From Camelus dromedarius (taxonomy: Eukaryota), in NCBI RefSeq assembly GCF_036321535.1, contig NC_087472.1, forward strand, positions 1,054,001-1,118,000: 64,000 nt of DNA, in the 5' to 3' direction. The position numbers and the translations under genes are program-made. The notes under the pieces are model-generated. The model did no database searches, had not been told where the DNA came from, and was given only the letters and a program-made list of their open reading frames with translations. Shown in pieces: positions 21,908 to 32,330 of this stretch (the stretch's first letter is position 1; each line of letters begins with the position of its first letter).

Positions 21908-22199
21908 CAGTCTTTGCCCTTTGAGGCAGGCGGGTGGGGAAGGAAGGGTGTGGCTGGGCAAGGGTGGGCCAGGGTGGAGGACTTGCTTGGGTGACACGGT
22001 GACCCCTGCACAGACTTCCTCTCGCAGCCCTCCTTTCCCCTCTCTAAGAGGTGGGCCTCTGCTCTAGAATGAGCGGTGTGCTGATAAGAGCAGAGGCCTG
22101 GCTCCCCTGCCCGCTCCCAAGCTGAGCTGCTTTTCTGCAGGTCGACCAGAAAGGAGGCGGTAGGAGGCCCGCGGGCAGTGGGACAAGCTTCGCAGGGCT

Positions 22200-23000
22200 G
22201 GGCCCTCTGTGGACTCCCTGGAGTCACAGAATCAGACAGGGAATCGGCGTCGGCGCTGACCTGCTCCGCCAGCACCCAGGCCCGCCCTCTTCGCGAGTCT
22301 CAGCTCCCAGCGTCTGGTTCCTCCGCCCCATCCGGGAGGGCTTCCCGGCACCGCCGCCGCGGGGAGCTGCAGCCGGGACGGACCCCTCGCGTCCGCGAGG
22401 CGCGCGGCGGAGGGCACTCCTCGGGGGCAGGGGGAAGGGGCGGGGCGGGGCGGTGGCGCCGGGCGCGCCCCTCTAGCGGCTTCCGGCGGCGGCGGGCGGT
22501 TCCGGCGCGCGCCCGGGGCGGCGGCGCGCGGCGGGGGGCGGTTAGGGTGCGCGCCGGCCGGAGTGGACGCCGCCGTGGCCGCCATGCAGCTGACGGTGAA
22601 GGCGCTCCAGGGCCGCGAGTGCAGCCTGCAGGTAGCGTCGCCGGGCCCCCGCCGCAGGGCCGGCTCGCGTAGTCGGGCCCCGGGCGCCCGGCCGGGCCAA
22701 GGGCGGGGACGGGGCGGGCCGCTCCAGGGAGGCCGGGAGAGCTGCCCCCTGCCGGCTCAACCTCTGCCTCTCCCTCCTCGGCCTGGCCAGGTGTCGGAGG
22801 ACGAGCTGGTGTCCACGCTGAAACATCTAGTGTCCGAGAAGCTGAACGTCCCCGTGCGCCAGCAGCGGCTGCTGTTCAAGGGCAAGGCCCTGGCAGGTAA
22901 CCGGGGAGAGGAGACGCCCGGGGAGCCACGTAGAAAGTCAGGGACGGGGCGTCCAGGCCGAGCCTGGGCAGCAGTGTAGTGGATGGGGCTCTGGCCACTT
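22200..23000 (+). promoter_or_regulatory. CpG island / UBL4A promoter
   Basis: Very high CpG density, GGGGCGGGG boxes, ETS-like cttccgg/ttccgg motifs at about 22480-22505; covers exons 1-2. Confidence 0.85.
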
Positions 23001-23548
23001 GACCCTCGGGGAGCCGGCATCCTCAGCCAGATGCTGCAGCGCTCGGCCTGGGCTCCTGGAGGTCATTCCCACCGCTGTGGGCCACAACGCCGTCAATCTC
23101 CCTTGGGCAGATGGGAAAAGACTCTCCGATTACAGCATTGGGCCCAATTCCAAGCTCAACCTAGTGGTCAAACCTCTGGAGAAGGTGTTACTGGAAGAAA
23201 GCACCGCCCGGAGACTTGCCGAGGCCCCGCCCCCAACCCCGGCCGCCTGGCAGCTCATCTCCAAAGTCTTGGCCCACCACTTCAGTGCTGCAGATGCCAG
23301 CAGAGTCCTGGACCAACTACAGAGGGTGAGAAGGGTGGCCCGGGACTAACACTTCCGGCCCAGCTGCTCTTGGCCCCTGCCTCTCACCGTGGACCCCCTG
23401 CTCGCACTCCTAAATCCTTCTGGCCTTCTCTCCTCAGGATTATGAGAGGTCCCTGAGCCGCCTGACGCTGGATGACATCGAACGCTTGGCTGGCCGCTTT
23501 CTACACCCCGAAGTGACAGCAGCTATGGAGAAGGGGTTCTCCAAGTAG
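22584..23548 (+). CDS. UBL4A: Ubiquitin-like protein 4A (GdX/GET5), complete, 159 aa
   Basis: Exons 22584-22631, 22791-22896, 23111-23325, 23438-23548 (480 nt, GT-AG). MQLTVKALQGRECSLQVSEDELVSTLKHLVSEKLNVPVRQQRLLFKGKALADGKRLSDYSIGPNSKLNLVVKPLEK...DYERSLSRLTLDDIERLAGRFLHPEVTAAMEKGFSK*. Confidence 0.98.
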
Positions 23549-25301
23549 GATTCTCAGAGTGTGGGGAGGAGCCTGGCCAGGCCACAAGCTGCATGTAGCA
23601 TTAAATGTGTTCTCATGTTGCAATTTGGCTCATAATAATAATAGCTGGTGGGTACCCTGGTACCCGGCCCCAGCTCTTGTTAGGTGCCAGGCACCGCTCA
23701 AATCACTTGACCTGGGTTTGCGCCCACACTTTGCACAAAAGGTGAGACAGCCGAGGCCCCTAGCGGTGAAGTGGGGGAGCCAGAATCTAAGTGCAGCCAG
23801 CTTTTAGAAGTGCCTCAGGGGAAGCAGGAGTAAGGGGCTGTTTGGAAGGGTTCTGAGGAATGGGCATGGCATTTCCCATTTAGCCCACTGAGAAGAAACC
23901 CTCCCTTGAGCAATACTTTTCCAGGCCTGAAAGGGGAAGCAACTGGCCCCTGCTGCCCCTCCTGTCACCTGACCTCTGGCAGGTCCAGCATGGGCAGGAG
24001 GCCAAGTGACAGCCAGCCGCGGGGTCCCCTCAGCTACTGCAACCAGTGTGCACCCGACGAAGGAAAAGCAGGTGGGGGAGTCTGAGACGTCACCCAGCTC
24101 TGTGGTGTGGCCTTAGGCAAGTCCCTGTGCTGTGTTGGTCCCCAGCCGTTGACTCTGCACAGTGAGGGCCACTCCTTAAACCTCAGTCAGTTTCCTTTAT
24201 CCCTCCCCCCGGGGAAGGAGTCTGCAGCGATCCTCCCCCTTGTGTCCTATAAACACGCTAAGGCCAGAAGCTGAGTGATGGCCAAGCGTGGCCCAGAATT
24301 GGGGTGTCCTGGCCCTTAATGTCACAGCTTTTCTCTGGCCACTCCTGCTTATCTTCTCCTGGACACAGGCAGGTCTCGACCCTTAGGGGTGACATGTGAC
24401 TGGCTCCAGGTTATTTCAGCAAGGCAGTGCCAGAGCTAGGCCTCCGCCAGGCACCCACACCCTGTGCTCCCCTACAGCTCGGAGATGGCCCTGCCTCCAC
24501 TCATGTGTACAGGAACTTTCCCTGGCACGCCAGTCGCTGCCTGAGAGGGGACCAGGGGACCTCAGGGTGCCAGGGAAGGGGCAGGAACACGGGCTGGTGC
24601 CACTGGTCCTCCCACCCTGCCTGGCAGGTGGGCACTAGAGACCATCTAAGCACCTACTCCTTGGAAGAGGGCACCCAGGGTCAGTTGAGGCTTGAAGGAA
24701 GCCGCGCTCCTGCCTGGGGCTCATGGGGTGAACGCTGGGTCCCTGGACTGGGAAGATGGACCGAAGCCTGATGGGCAAAGGCTTTGAAGGGCAGATGGAA
24801 GCCCCTGGCCCCACCCGAGAGCTGGGAATGTCCAACTGCAGGGCCCCTTAGGAGCCTTTGGGCTCTGGCACCTCACTCAGTAGACCTTCCTGCATGCACT
24901 CTCATTCATTTCCAGTCAGGAAACTTACATTGAAATTTTCAGTCACGCTAAAGGTGAATGTGAGGCTTTGACTTTGACCTGAAAGGAACTGTATTAGCTG
25001 GGCTGCTTTTGGTTTCCAATCCTTGATTTAACCATAATGGCAGTTGGTTTAAACAAGAAAGGAAACATGTCAGTTTACAAAACTGAGAAGTCCAGGGGTG
25101 TTGGCAGCAGATAAACAATTTCACCAAATACCCAGTTTCTTCCTACCTCCCTCTGCACTCTGCAGCGTCTGCTTCATCCCAGGCCTCCGCCTCAGGATCA
25201 GAAGATGGTTGCCTGCAGCCTCCACCAAATCCCTCGATCCCAGCCAGCAAGGAGCACCTTCACGCCCCATAGTGTAGCTTCTTTCTCAGATGCACCCAGC
25301 A

Positions 25302-25307
25302 AATAAA
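25302..25307 (+). terminator. Probable distal UBL4A polyadenylation signal AATAAA (proximal ATTAAA at 23600-23605)
   Basis: Hexamers seen directly; the distal one is followed by ctgtcctttca. Confidence 0.6.
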
Positions 25308-27379
25308 CGCTGTCCTTTCACTGGTCAGAACCGGCAGTGCCTCCATCATTTGGCTGGGGCTGGGATGGGCTGTGGGAGGGAGAGGGAGATTCTCAACAAA
25401 AGCCGGGTCCTCAGGGAGGGCTGACTGGCCCAGTGCAGGGGAGTGACATGGACAGATATGCCTTTTGGACAGACCCTAGAGATAGATGGTTGAGTCCCTC
25501 GTGCTGGTGCCTCCTGGCTTGGGAGTGACAAAGCCATCTGATGGTGGGGAGCCATCTGCTGAGCAGCTGGACACGGGGGTCAGGGACTCTGGACATGGAG
25601 TGGGCTCTTCAGAGTGTGTGGTAGGAACCTCACCGGCCAAACTGACTATGAGCTAGGCCCACGCTGATTCAGCAGCCTTCTGTGAGGTTCAGGAGTTACC
25701 TGTGGACGCGACGTCCCAGGAGCTGTAAGGACAGATAAGATGGCTTCATGAAAAGAGGGGAGAGGGCTGGGCCTTAAGCAACTTCACCAGCTGCAGACAC
25801 TGTAGAGGCCAAGGAGCATCCCTAGCACAAGGCGACAGGGAGAGCTTGTGTCAGAAGCCAAGAAGCCCCTCCAGGAGGGCAGGGATTGTCTAGTGCTGCC
25901 CAGAAGCAAAATGAGGGCAGGACAGAGCCTCCCCTGGTGCTGGTGACAAGAAGGTCATTGGTAATGTGGGGCAAGAAGCTGCTGTGAGGTGGGGAGGGGG
26001 AGAGGCCATGGCAGTGACTGGGGACCCCTCCTGCCAGAAGCTTGTCTGCTAAGGCAGGGCAGGGATGGGCAGGCCAGGCCAGGGGACAGAAGACAGGAGA
26101 GGGGGAAATGCTGCAGGGTGAGAGATGGGAGGGCGTAGGTAGGAAGGGGCCCGGGAGGAAAGGAAACTGGGCACTCCTGTGAAGATGGAATGGGCACGGG
26201 ATGACCCTGCCTTTGCCCTTGGATGCTGGGGGTGGCCCAGAGGCACCTGCAGGCCCGAGGTGCTGAGACCTTTCAACGGTGGCTGGAATGGTTCCCTCAG
26301 GCACTCCGCTTCTTGAGCCCATTGTCTGCCTCGGGGGTGGATGCCGACCCACCCATTACCTCCTGGCCCCTGGCCCCTGTCTGCCCCTTGTGGAGGGGCC
26401 TCGAGACAGTTCCCCAGGGATATGGTGTGGCTTGCAGTGCCCACTGTAATCATAGTGCCACTGGGAGACAGCGAGATGAGTGAAGGGCCCAGCTCTCACA
26501 AACGGTCTGGCACCTGGAACTAAGATGCTTCTGCTGTCACTTCCCAGGGGCAGAGGGGAAGGGGTGGACTCCACCGAGAGCAGGGTTTCCTTTGGGGTGG
26601 GGATCGTTGAGTTGGAATTGCCTAGGTGACAGATGAGCTGTGCCCACAATTTGCTGGCATCTTGCAGGTTTTGTATGCAGCCTGGGTGAAACTGGGCCAT
26701 ACCAACTCCAGTAGGTCCCGCAGGACCGATGCTCAACCAGGCTGGGCCCCACCAGGAGCAGATGCGACAGCTGTGGCGAGCCTCAAGTATCTGGGCCTCG
26801 AAAAGCCTGCAGGAGAGGCAATAACCCCCAGCCCCCTCCAGGGTGCAGCCTGAGTGGCCTCCCCCATCCACACAGCCCTCTTGGGGTGACCAAGTGCCTC
26901 TGGAGTTCCTCATCTCTTGTCCTCTTCTGCCCTCACTTGCCTGCTTTTTCTCCCACTTCATTGCTCACGCCTTCTCTGGTTCCTTTGCTTGTTCTTCCCC
27001 ACCATGCCCCACCTCTTAGAGTTAGGGGCTCCAAGGCTTCCCTCAGACCCTTTCTGGCTTGACATCACTCCGTAGGGCAGCTTGTCCCGCTTCATTTCAC
27101 TTCTGGGCTTCACTCCTAGAAACTCTCTCAGGAGTCTCAGGGCACATCTTGGTGATGTGACTCTGAGATAGCTCCCGGCTGCCGTGCAGACACCTCATTT
27201 CCATCCTTTTATCACACATGCATTGAGCATCTGGAACAGATGCTGGCAGCAACGGGACTGGAAGATACACTGCCTTCCCTCTCAGCACTCACGTCCACAC
27301 CAAGCAGCCCCTCAGCAACCACATTTCCCCTGGACAAATGGCAACAGCACGTGGCCAGGCTTTCAACGACAGGAAGTGG

Positions 27380-28380
27380 GAGGCCACCTTTGCCTTTCCC
27401 AACCTAGCATACTCCATTTCTCCAAGGAGCTGTGGTTCCTTTCAGTGGAGAACGGTGTTGAGAACCAAGGTCTGGTACGGGGTGCGTTCATTGCTACTGG
27501 GGTGTCGTTGTTTCTAGACTCTTGCACTGGACAAACTCGCAAACATTTTCTGAGTTCATACTGCAACCCCCAGTTCCAACCCAGCTTCACACTTCTTTGT
27601 CACCTCCCCTCATTCCACAGCCATGTTCCCCACAGCTCGATCTGTCGGTGTACTTGCTCCCTTCCTCTACCGGATAGAGTCGACCTTAAAGTGCACCCCG
27701 GACAGCTTCACAGTCATCTCAGCACTGTCACCGCCACCAACAGACACACTGAGAGTAAAGCCAATGCTGTCTGTCCCTGGAATATACCCCGTGAAGGGAG
27801 CACAGAGGGCTGAGTTTAAAAGGTACCAGACTTATTTTCTCTCTGTGGTTCTGTTATCGATTGGACATGCAGTTAGGCTCATTGGCTTTTGTTTTTATTC
27901 AGTGTAAGCACTTGATTTTTTTCACTCTTTCAAATATACTTTTGAACATATAAATCATTTACATGGTTCAAAGTCAAAACTGCACAAAAAGATGTATTAC
28001 AGGAAGTCCCATACCCATGTCACTTTCATCAGTTTCCAGGTTCTCTGTCTGTCCTGTATCTTTTTCCCCCCCAATAAGTACGTGTGTCTGTGTGTGTCCT
28101 TTGCATTCTGATTTTTTTTTACACATAACAACATATCCTGGAAATCAGTTCATTTTTCACTAGAGATTTTCATGGTTTTCTACTGCTGCTTAGGACTACT
28201 GTACCATAATGAATTTCACCAGCTCCCTGCTGCTGTGGGGCATGTGCCCTGTACCCAACAGTTTTCTATTACGAATTATGTTATAGTGAGTAACTTTGCG
28301 CATAGGTTGTTCCATATGTGTGAAGGAACCGCCTACCTGTGGGAGTGCTAGGCCCAAGGCAGTGGTTGAGTCTTGTACTT
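27380..28380 (-). mobile_element. Old L1MC/L1ME 3' fragments
   Basis: ttctccaaggagctgtggttcctttcagtggag...cattgctactggggtgtc (L1MC4-like) and catttacatggttcaaagtcaaaa (L1ME-like). Confidence 0.55.
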
Positions 28381-28489
28381 AATACTGTTTCAGCTGGCAG
28401 GCAACACACCACCTATTGCATAAACTGCACTGAAAAGGTACCATCAACAACGTAGACGTGAACAAAACAAAGTTTTAATTTCAGATTAT

Positions 28490-29110
28490 TAGAAATGCAG
28501 CAAACTGAAATGGGCAAATGTGATGAAGTGTGCCTGGGGATAGTGTGCTAGATTGGTGACCCCGAAGGCCTCTCAGAAGCGACACTGGAGCCAAGATCCT
28601 AATGACAAGAAGGAGCCAGCCGTGGGAAAGTCTGGGGACAGAGTCTTCCAAATAGAAGTAAGTGGAAAGGGCTGGGGGCGGGGCACCCTTGATCAGGAGC
28701 AGAGAGAAGGCCCCAGAGGCTGCACAGAATGAGGAAGCAGGCAGGTGGAGATAGAGGGTGGAGGAGCTGGGAGCCAGGTCACACCCGGCTTTTATAAGCC
28801 ACAACAAGGAGTTTGGATCTGATTCCAAGGGCCAAGGGAAAGTGTCTTAGGATTTTAAGCAGGGACACGGTGTGACATGACTTATGCTAGACATTCAGAA
28901 CGGATTCTGCTGTGTGGAGGACAGGCTGCAGAGGAGCAGGCATAGAGGAAAACTAGTCAGAACGCTGTCAAAGGGCTCGGGGAGGTACGGGGGCTGCCCC
29001 TGGGAACTAGCAATGGAGAGGGAGGGACGTGGGCTGATTGAGGGCCTACTTTGAGGGGAGATCCAACAGGATTTGATGATCCAGTTCAGCTTCGAGTCCT
29101 TCCTTGTGAT
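28490..29110 (-). mobile_element. L2 LINE fragment
   Basis: ggcctctcagaag..gacactggagccaagatcct..tgacaagaaggagccagcc, ttataagccacaacaaggagtttggat, gattttaagcaggg: L2a/b 3' motifs. Confidence 0.7.
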
Positions 29111-29449
29111 TACAAAGGAGGACAATAGAAAAGTAACAGGCCTATCAGCATCGGAAATTTCACGTCACTTTAAAACCTTATTTTGGATGAAAAATGCCAC
29201 GTAAGGTCGCTCTCAAAACCTTGCCGGGGAGACAGAAGAAAGAAGTTAAAATCACCCACGATGGCGTCACACAGAGAGAACGAGTAATTTTACACCCTGG
29301 CATGTTGTCCTGGGATTCCTATACGCATCCACAGTCACTCACTGAATTGGGATCCCAGCGATTTTCGTTTTGCACTCTGACGTTCCACACAGGACATTAG
29401 CCCTGTTCCCCTGCCACTACTTTAGTTCAGGCCCTGTCATTTCTCTCCT

Positions 29450-30750
29450 TGCCTCTGTGCGGGGGTCCCCGCAGGCGGGCTCGACGTCCACGCAAGCCAC
29501 TCAGTGTTCTTCCTAAAAAGCAAACCGGTCGGCCCGGCCGGTCGGCTCCTTTACCGCCTGCTTTGGTTTTTCCGCTCACACCTGCGACGGAGGCCGGGTG
29601 CAGAGCGGTAGCCCTCCGGGGCTATCCGACCCCACCCCCCTCCACAAGTCACTTCCACGTCCATGTGGAGTCACATGTCTCGGGGACGTTGGGAACGGAC
29701 AGGGCGTGAACCGGGCCAGGCACCCGGTGGCCTCACACGTGGTCTGGCGGGGAAGGGGGTGGGGTCGGCAAGGATGGAGGGGGCTGCGGAGGGACCGCTT
29801 GCGCAGGCGGGCGGGGCGGAGTCAGCGCGGGGGCGGGGCTTCACGGGGGAGCCGGGGTTTCTCGGCCGCGGGCGGGGCGGGGTCAGCGCTGGGGGCGGGG
29901 CTTCGGGAGGGAGCCCGGGGTTCTCGGCCGCTGGTGGGCGCGGCGAGCCGACCGGCGTCCGGAGGGCGGAGTCGGAGGCGGAGCGCGGCAGCCATGCAGG
30001 CGGCGGGCGCGGAGGCGAGCGCAGGCGGCGCGGCGGGCGGCGCTGGAGCCCGGGACCGTCAGGATGGCCTGGGCAGCCCCGGAGGCGCAGGGGTAGCAGC
30101 CGCTGCAGCCGGCGGAGCTCCGCGTGTAGCGCCAGCACAGCCCACTTCGGGGCCGGGCGGAAACCCCATGTCCACGGCCGGAAGGCCGAGAAGCCGACTG
30201 CACGAATTGCATCCTGCCCGAGGGGGCAGCGGAGAATGGGCTGGGGGCTGCCTGCTGTGGGAGGTGGGACAGAGGACCAGATGAGTCAGGGGCAGCCAGG
30301 GAGCGAAGGGGAGAAGGGGGACTCGGGCTGCGGGGTACGGGCCAGGCACGGCGGGGGGAGAAAAAATGAGAGCAGGGGGCACCGGGGTGGCTGGGGTGCA
30401 TTAGAATGGGCCAGGAGTGGGATGGAAGCGGCCCCGAAGGGGCTGGGGCTAGTCAGGGGGGGCCGGAGACAGGGCCCAGCGCACAGAAGCTACGTGGATG
30501 GTGCCTTAACCGAATCTCGCCAGCGCCCTAGACGTGCCTTTCCCGTCCACCTTGGAGGCGGAGATCGCCCGTGGGTCCCTGGCCCCAGATGCCGAACCCC
30601 ACCGAGGGGCGGTTCGGAAGGAGCTCACAGTCAGCGGCAGCCTCCTGGCGGTGTAAGTTCTAGAAGGGGCTGATGGGGAGGGGCGGCAGGTGGCCGGGTC
30701 TGCCCGGAGGGGCGCTCGATTGGCAACGTGGGGCCACTCAAGGGTTGGGC
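29450..30750 (+). promoter_or_regulatory. CpG island / LAGE3 promoter, including a tandem 61/62-bp GC-box duplication (29809-29931)
   Basis: CpG-rich; NRF1-like tgcgcaggcg near 29800; two adjacent near-identical units, each with two GC boxes. Confidence 0.85.
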
Positions 30751-31017
30751 CTAGGGAGGTGACCCGGTGCGCTGCACCCAGCTCCACCTGAGGGGCACTC
30801 TAAGGGAGATGGCAAAGGGCGCAGGGTCATAGACGAGCAGGGCGGGGACGGTGGGACTTAGCACCTCCCTCCAACTGGGTTTTCTTTTTCCCTCCCTTTC
30901 AGCCGCTGGAGAGCTGAAGATTCCCGCCTCCTGCGAATTTCCATCGTCAACTTTCTGGACCAGCTAGCTCTGGTGATGCGGACCCTGCAGCGCTTTGGGC
31001 CCCCTGTTTCCCGCTAA
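29994..31017 (+). CDS. LAGE3: L antigen family member 3 (KEOPS/EKC subunit, Pcc1 family), complete, 152 aa
   Basis: Exons 29994-30208, 30524-30652, 30903-31017 (459 nt). Protein MQAAGAEAS...RPRSRLHEFALDVPFPSTLEAEIARGSLAPDAEPHRGAVRKELTVSGSLLAVRWRAEDSRLLRISIVNFLDQLALVMRTLQRFGPPVSR*. Intron 1 is GC-AG with U12 signals; intron 2 is GT-AG U2. Confidence 0.95.
30209..30523 (+). other. U12-type (minor spliceosome) intron with GC-AG ends, LAGE3 intron 1, 315 nt
   Basis: 5' site GCATCCTG (U12 consensus RTATCCTT); branch CCTTAAC at 30504-30510, 13 nt before the end of the intron; no polypyrimidine tract; splicing here gives a continuous LAGE3 frame. Confidence 0.85.
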
Positions 31018-31805
31018 GCCAGGGAGGGGGAAGGAGGTTAAGGTCAAACCTTGTGTCCCTTCCTAGACAGCGCATCCTTCCTAGGGGGGTGACCCCCACA
31101 GTAGTAGCCGCTTCACTGTGGGGCCTCCTCTTTTGCCTGTACTGGCGCTTGGGCGCTCAGGGTCCCCTTGGTTTGTTTGGTGCTTAAATGCTTATTAACT
31201 ACAGAAAATAACACTGAGCTATGATGCTGTGTCTGAATTCGTTTTCAACTGTGGCACCTCCAAATGTTCCTGCCTTTGTCCTCTGGTTGGAGGGGAGGTT
31301 CTGGGATCCAGATTTTCAAATAGCACAACATAATTGAAGACAGTTTAAGATGTGGAAGAAGAGAGGTCCTGTCACTCAGTATTAACTACTGTCACCATTC
31401 TGGAACATTTCCTTAGTTTTATAGTTGTATTTATGTACCAAATGTATAACAATAATATATATTTTGCAAGCTTAGCATTTTTCCTGATATTTTTCATCTA
31501 ACTAACGTGAACTTTTTTTCCTAACAATTCTTCGAAAGCATTATTGAAGGGATACGTAAAAGATAACATTATTGAGCATTTAAATCACTGTCAATTTTTG
31601 ACATATTATAAGTAAAGATTCAGTGGAATTCTTGTGTATAAATCTTTGCATGAATGATTCTTAAGATAGGTTAAAAGAGGTAGAATTGGTTAAATGTTTA
31701 CAGTTCTCAATCTGAAGTGTGGAATTGCTCTCCAGAAAATGTACTGTCCCACCAGAATGCTGGTTGCCCACATCCTTGTCACCACTGCGTCTCCTCGGCA
31801 AAATT

Positions 31806-31952
31806 AAAAAAAAAAAATTGGGGGGTGGGGGGTGGGTAACTAGGTTTGTTTGTTTGCTTGTTTGTTTGTTTCTTAATGGAGGTACTGGGGATTGAACCCA
31901 GTACCTCGAGTATGCTAAGCAGGCAGTCTACCACTGAGCAAAACCCTCCCAA
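31806..31952 (-). mobile_element. tRNA-derived SINE (Vic-1-like) with 13-bp TSD
   Basis: B box ggggattgaaccc (reverse); TSD cctcggcaaaatt at 31793-31805 and 31953-31965. Confidence 0.92.
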
Positions 31953-32119
31953 CCTCGGCAAAATTTTTTAAAAACTTGGTTTGCTTGAGAAGAGGAAACA
32001 ACCCGGAAACACCACAGTAGGAGCTTTGTGGCTCACTGGCCTGCTCTCAGGCCAGTGAAGAAAAAGTGCTGGGACCGTGGTTTAAGCCTTTAGTTAGAAG
32101 GAGGTGGCTCCTGGGAAAA

Positions 32120-32330
32120 GATGTCATATCCTGCAGCCTTGCTAAACTCACTTATTCTAGTAGCTCTTTTGTAGCTGCCGTTGGGTGTTCCCCGTAGGTG
32201 ATCATGTCTTCTCGGAATGAAGGCAGTGTTACCTCTTCCTTTCCAATCTGGAGGCCGTTCAGCGATGAATTTCTCTCCTAGTTAAGGGTTGGATTCTCCT
32301 GCTCTGTATCCCCTGGTAGTTTTTGATTCA
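32120..32330 (-). mobile_element. L1 ORF2 fragment
   Basis: tatcctgcagccttgctaaactcacttatt...gatcatgtc...cttcctttccaatctgga resembles reverse L1M ORF2. Confidence 0.6.

Noticed and set aside
26220-26960. Several overlapping ORFs between UBL4A and LAGE3 (possible CTAG/LAGE-like pseudogene)
   Set aside because: No Pcc1-like or other motif found in any frame, and no consistent exon structure.
30168-30170. Internal in-frame ATG in LAGE3 that would give a 94-aa Pcc1-only form
   Set aside because: Weak Kozak context, not positionally equivalent to the internal Met I recall in human, and the first ATG has a strong context.
29663-30673. 336-aa ORF and other long ORFs over CpG islands (e.g. 48989-49774, 6169-6858, 17886-18503, 33788-34480)
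   Set aside because: Low-complexity G/A/R/P-rich translations expected where high GC depletes stop codons; they overlap real genes in other frames or strands and show no recognisable domain.
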